Of a stretch of DNA of 36,625 bases, positions 35,001 to 36,625 are shown one piece after another. Positions within the stretch are counted from its first letter, which is position 1; each line of letters starts with the position of its first letter. The notes under the pieces were generated by a model. That model saw nothing but the letters and a program-made list of their open reading frames with translations, did no database searches and was not told where the DNA came from. The DNA is from Basidiobolus meristosporus CBS 931.73 (taxonomy: Eukaryota; Fungi; Basidiobolomycota), in the NCBI GenBank assembly GCA_002104905.1, contig MCFE01000780.1, positions 1-36,625 on the forward strand, given 5' to 3'. A program made the position numbers and the translations under genes.

Positions 35001-36192
35001 CCTGTAGGTCTTCTTCATAGTCATTGATCTTCATTCTTATTAGCTGGGTAATACGGTTGATTATATGAGAGTTCCCATCAGCTGTGGAGACTGAAGTTGA
35101 TTTGGTAGGTTCTGAGTTGATTCCAGCTTTCAAAGCAAATTACTCTGACATGTACTCATGCAATGCTCCTGAGTCAATCATGATCTTGGCAGATACTCCA
35201 TTGATTACTCCATTCAGGTATAATAGCTTTCCTGAGTTTGAGATCATTTGGGATAGGTATTCTTCTGTCATGTGGAAGGTGAGTTCTGAGTCTTCATCAA
35301 GCTCATCTTTCACCTTACAGTGCTCATGGGACTCAATATGGTTAAAGGTTCTTGATGGCTGGTGTCCAATTCTTCTCTGAGGGCAGTACTTTGCAATATG
35401 TCCTTGCTGGTGGCAATTGAAGCAAAGCCCTTCCTTCTTGCATTCTTCTGAGGAGGGATTCTTCTGCATAGCATCTATTTCCATTGGTACTGCTTCTGAT
35501 TGTCTTCTTTCATAATGATTGTAGCCTTTCTGATTAGTCACTGTAGGCTTCCCAACTCCAAACATAGCTGAGTCATAGTCAATTGCAATCTTGATGGCTT
35601 CTTCAATAGTCTGATGTCTTTGGTAATTCACTTCCTTGCGAGTTCTTTCTTTCAACCCATCAATAAAGTATTCAACTTGATCCAAGGGGTCCATTCTTTC
35701 AATTTGTCCAAGTAGACATCTGTACTCAGAGATGTATTCTTGCACCATTCCTTTCTGTCTGAGTGTCTTTAACTTCCTTCTTAGTAGTGTCTGCTGGTGT
35801 GGAGGTTCAAAAGCATCCTGAATTTCCAACACAAACTCTTCCCAGGTAGAGATCATAGAGTATCCCATCATAGTGGCTGACCTGATCTTGTTGTGGTACC
35901 ACTGTAAGGCTGCATCTGCCAGGTAAGAAGCTGCATAATGCAACTTGCTTTCTGGAGCAATTCCTTTAGCTTTAAAAGCTTCTTCAATCTGGAAGAGCCA
36001 AGTTCCCAGGTTTTCATTGACTCTGCCATGGTACTGGTTGACCTTCACACTAAAGTTGCTCTTGACAGGGCTTTGCTGGCTCTGAGCCATGGTAGTCATT
36101 CCTTGTTGCTGTTGGCTGAGTATCTGGAGTAACTGTTGCTGTTGGGCCAGGATTTGCTGCATGGCATTCTTCCATTCTTGATTGTCCAACAT
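32061..36192 (-). pseudogene. gag-pol: Gyp1 gag-pol, originally one frame, now with ~6 premature stops and 2 one-base frameshifts; no chromodomain
   Basis: Motifs: CFNCHQQGHIAKYC knuckle, IMIDSGA protease, [42 protein letters not shown] RNase H, HNGYGHLG..CPNC/WGIDFIG/ILSDRG/NGVTERFNG integrase, and QWTGPF. The sequence ends ~60 aa after GPF. Confidence 0.93.
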
Positions 36193-36239
36193 ATTGAGGG
36201 TGATTTCTTCTTTCTTCAGGAGGGAGGTTTCTGGTTATT

Positions 36240-36249
36240 GCTGCTACCA
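36240..36249 (-). promoter_or_regulatory. PBS TGGTAGCAGC of Gyp1 (3'-CCA end of a tRNA, probably initiator Met)
   Basis: Lies 1 nt after the 5' LTR and begins with TGG. TGGTAGC matches the 3' end (GCTACCA) of yeast and animal tRNAiMet. Confidence 0.78.
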
Positions 36250-36250
36250 A

Positions 36251-36619
36251 TGTTACAAGTCTTGGTATAAGAGTTGTAGAGGAATAGGGAGTTTAGCTAG
36301 TATTGTATTCACTAAAACTTGAACTGATTTTTATTGAGGTTCCAGCAGCTCCTTATATACATTTTGCCAGATCAATTGCTGACTAATTGTATTTCCTAAT
36401 GTAGGTTGTGGCTGATGACTCATTTGATTGCATCATCATCACCCAATAAGATCCTACTTAATATATCTATTTCTGTCTGATAAGGATCTGCTGATTCATT
36501 TGCTGACTAATGCTACTGATTTGATAGGTTAATACTGATATACTGATAACCTAAACATATACTAATTGATTTGACTAAGAGCTGATCTAACTTAAACATT
36601 CAAGCGGCAGATCATAACA
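36251..36619 (-). repeat. 5' LTR of Gyp1
   Basis: 369 bp, followed on the minus strand by the PBS and the gag ATG at 36192. Confidence 0.96.
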
Positions 36620-36625
36620 CAGACA

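Larger units (their letters stand above)
31683..36619 (-). mobile_element. Gyp1 full-length Ty3/gypsy LTR retrotransposon (4937 bp), coding-defective, no matching TSD
   Basis: LTRs at 36251-36619 and 31683-32050 differ by 5 substitutions and 1 indel. PBS and PPT are present, and the domain order is gag-PR-RT-RH-IN. Confidence 0.96.

Noticed and set aside
35140-35142. TAA between the gag and pol ORFs of Gyp1 as a programmed readthrough stop
   Set aside because: It lies inside the protease, after DSGA, and the plus-strand copy has CAA at this codon, so it is a C>T lesion.
1048-36250. Numerous 60-100 aa antisense or alternate-frame ORFs in the track (e.g. 1048-1275, 5100-5351, 8053-8244, 34701-34976)
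   Set aside because: They overlap retroelement coding regions, recur only because the elements are repeated, and carry no domain signal.

Overview
Eukaryotic, AT-rich, strongly CpG-depleted window made almost entirely of nested LTR retrotransposons. I recognise no intact host gene, RNA gene or CRISPR array. Family Cop1 (Ty1/copia) occurs five times. One copy is young (4265-8952, identical 350-bp LTRs, TTATC TSD, gag-pol broken only by one extra T at ~6575-6578). It sits inside an older copy of its own family, which sits in a still older copy; an inverted copy and a further fragment follow. A second copia family (Cop2, 28.4-31.4 kb) is present. A Ty3/gypsy family (Gyp1) appears as a full-length decayed copy (31683-36619, minus), a truncated copy and a solo LTR, and there is one related diverged LTR. 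Also present are two ~1-kb solo LTRs of an unidentified family, a 210-bp MITE with 10-bp-phased subterminal repeats, and decayed coding-like sequence of unknown family at ~19.6-20.9 and 26.0-26.3 kb. The PBS sequences suggest a fungal-type initiator tRNA-Met, so the host is probably a fungus (inference). The best lead for new biology is Cop1: a Ty5-like half-tRNA PBS, an LISSPP motif in the integrase C-terminal region resembling the Ty5 LDSSPP targeting domain, and repeated insertion into its own decayed copies. All alignments were made by eye; the ends of degraded fragments are approximate.
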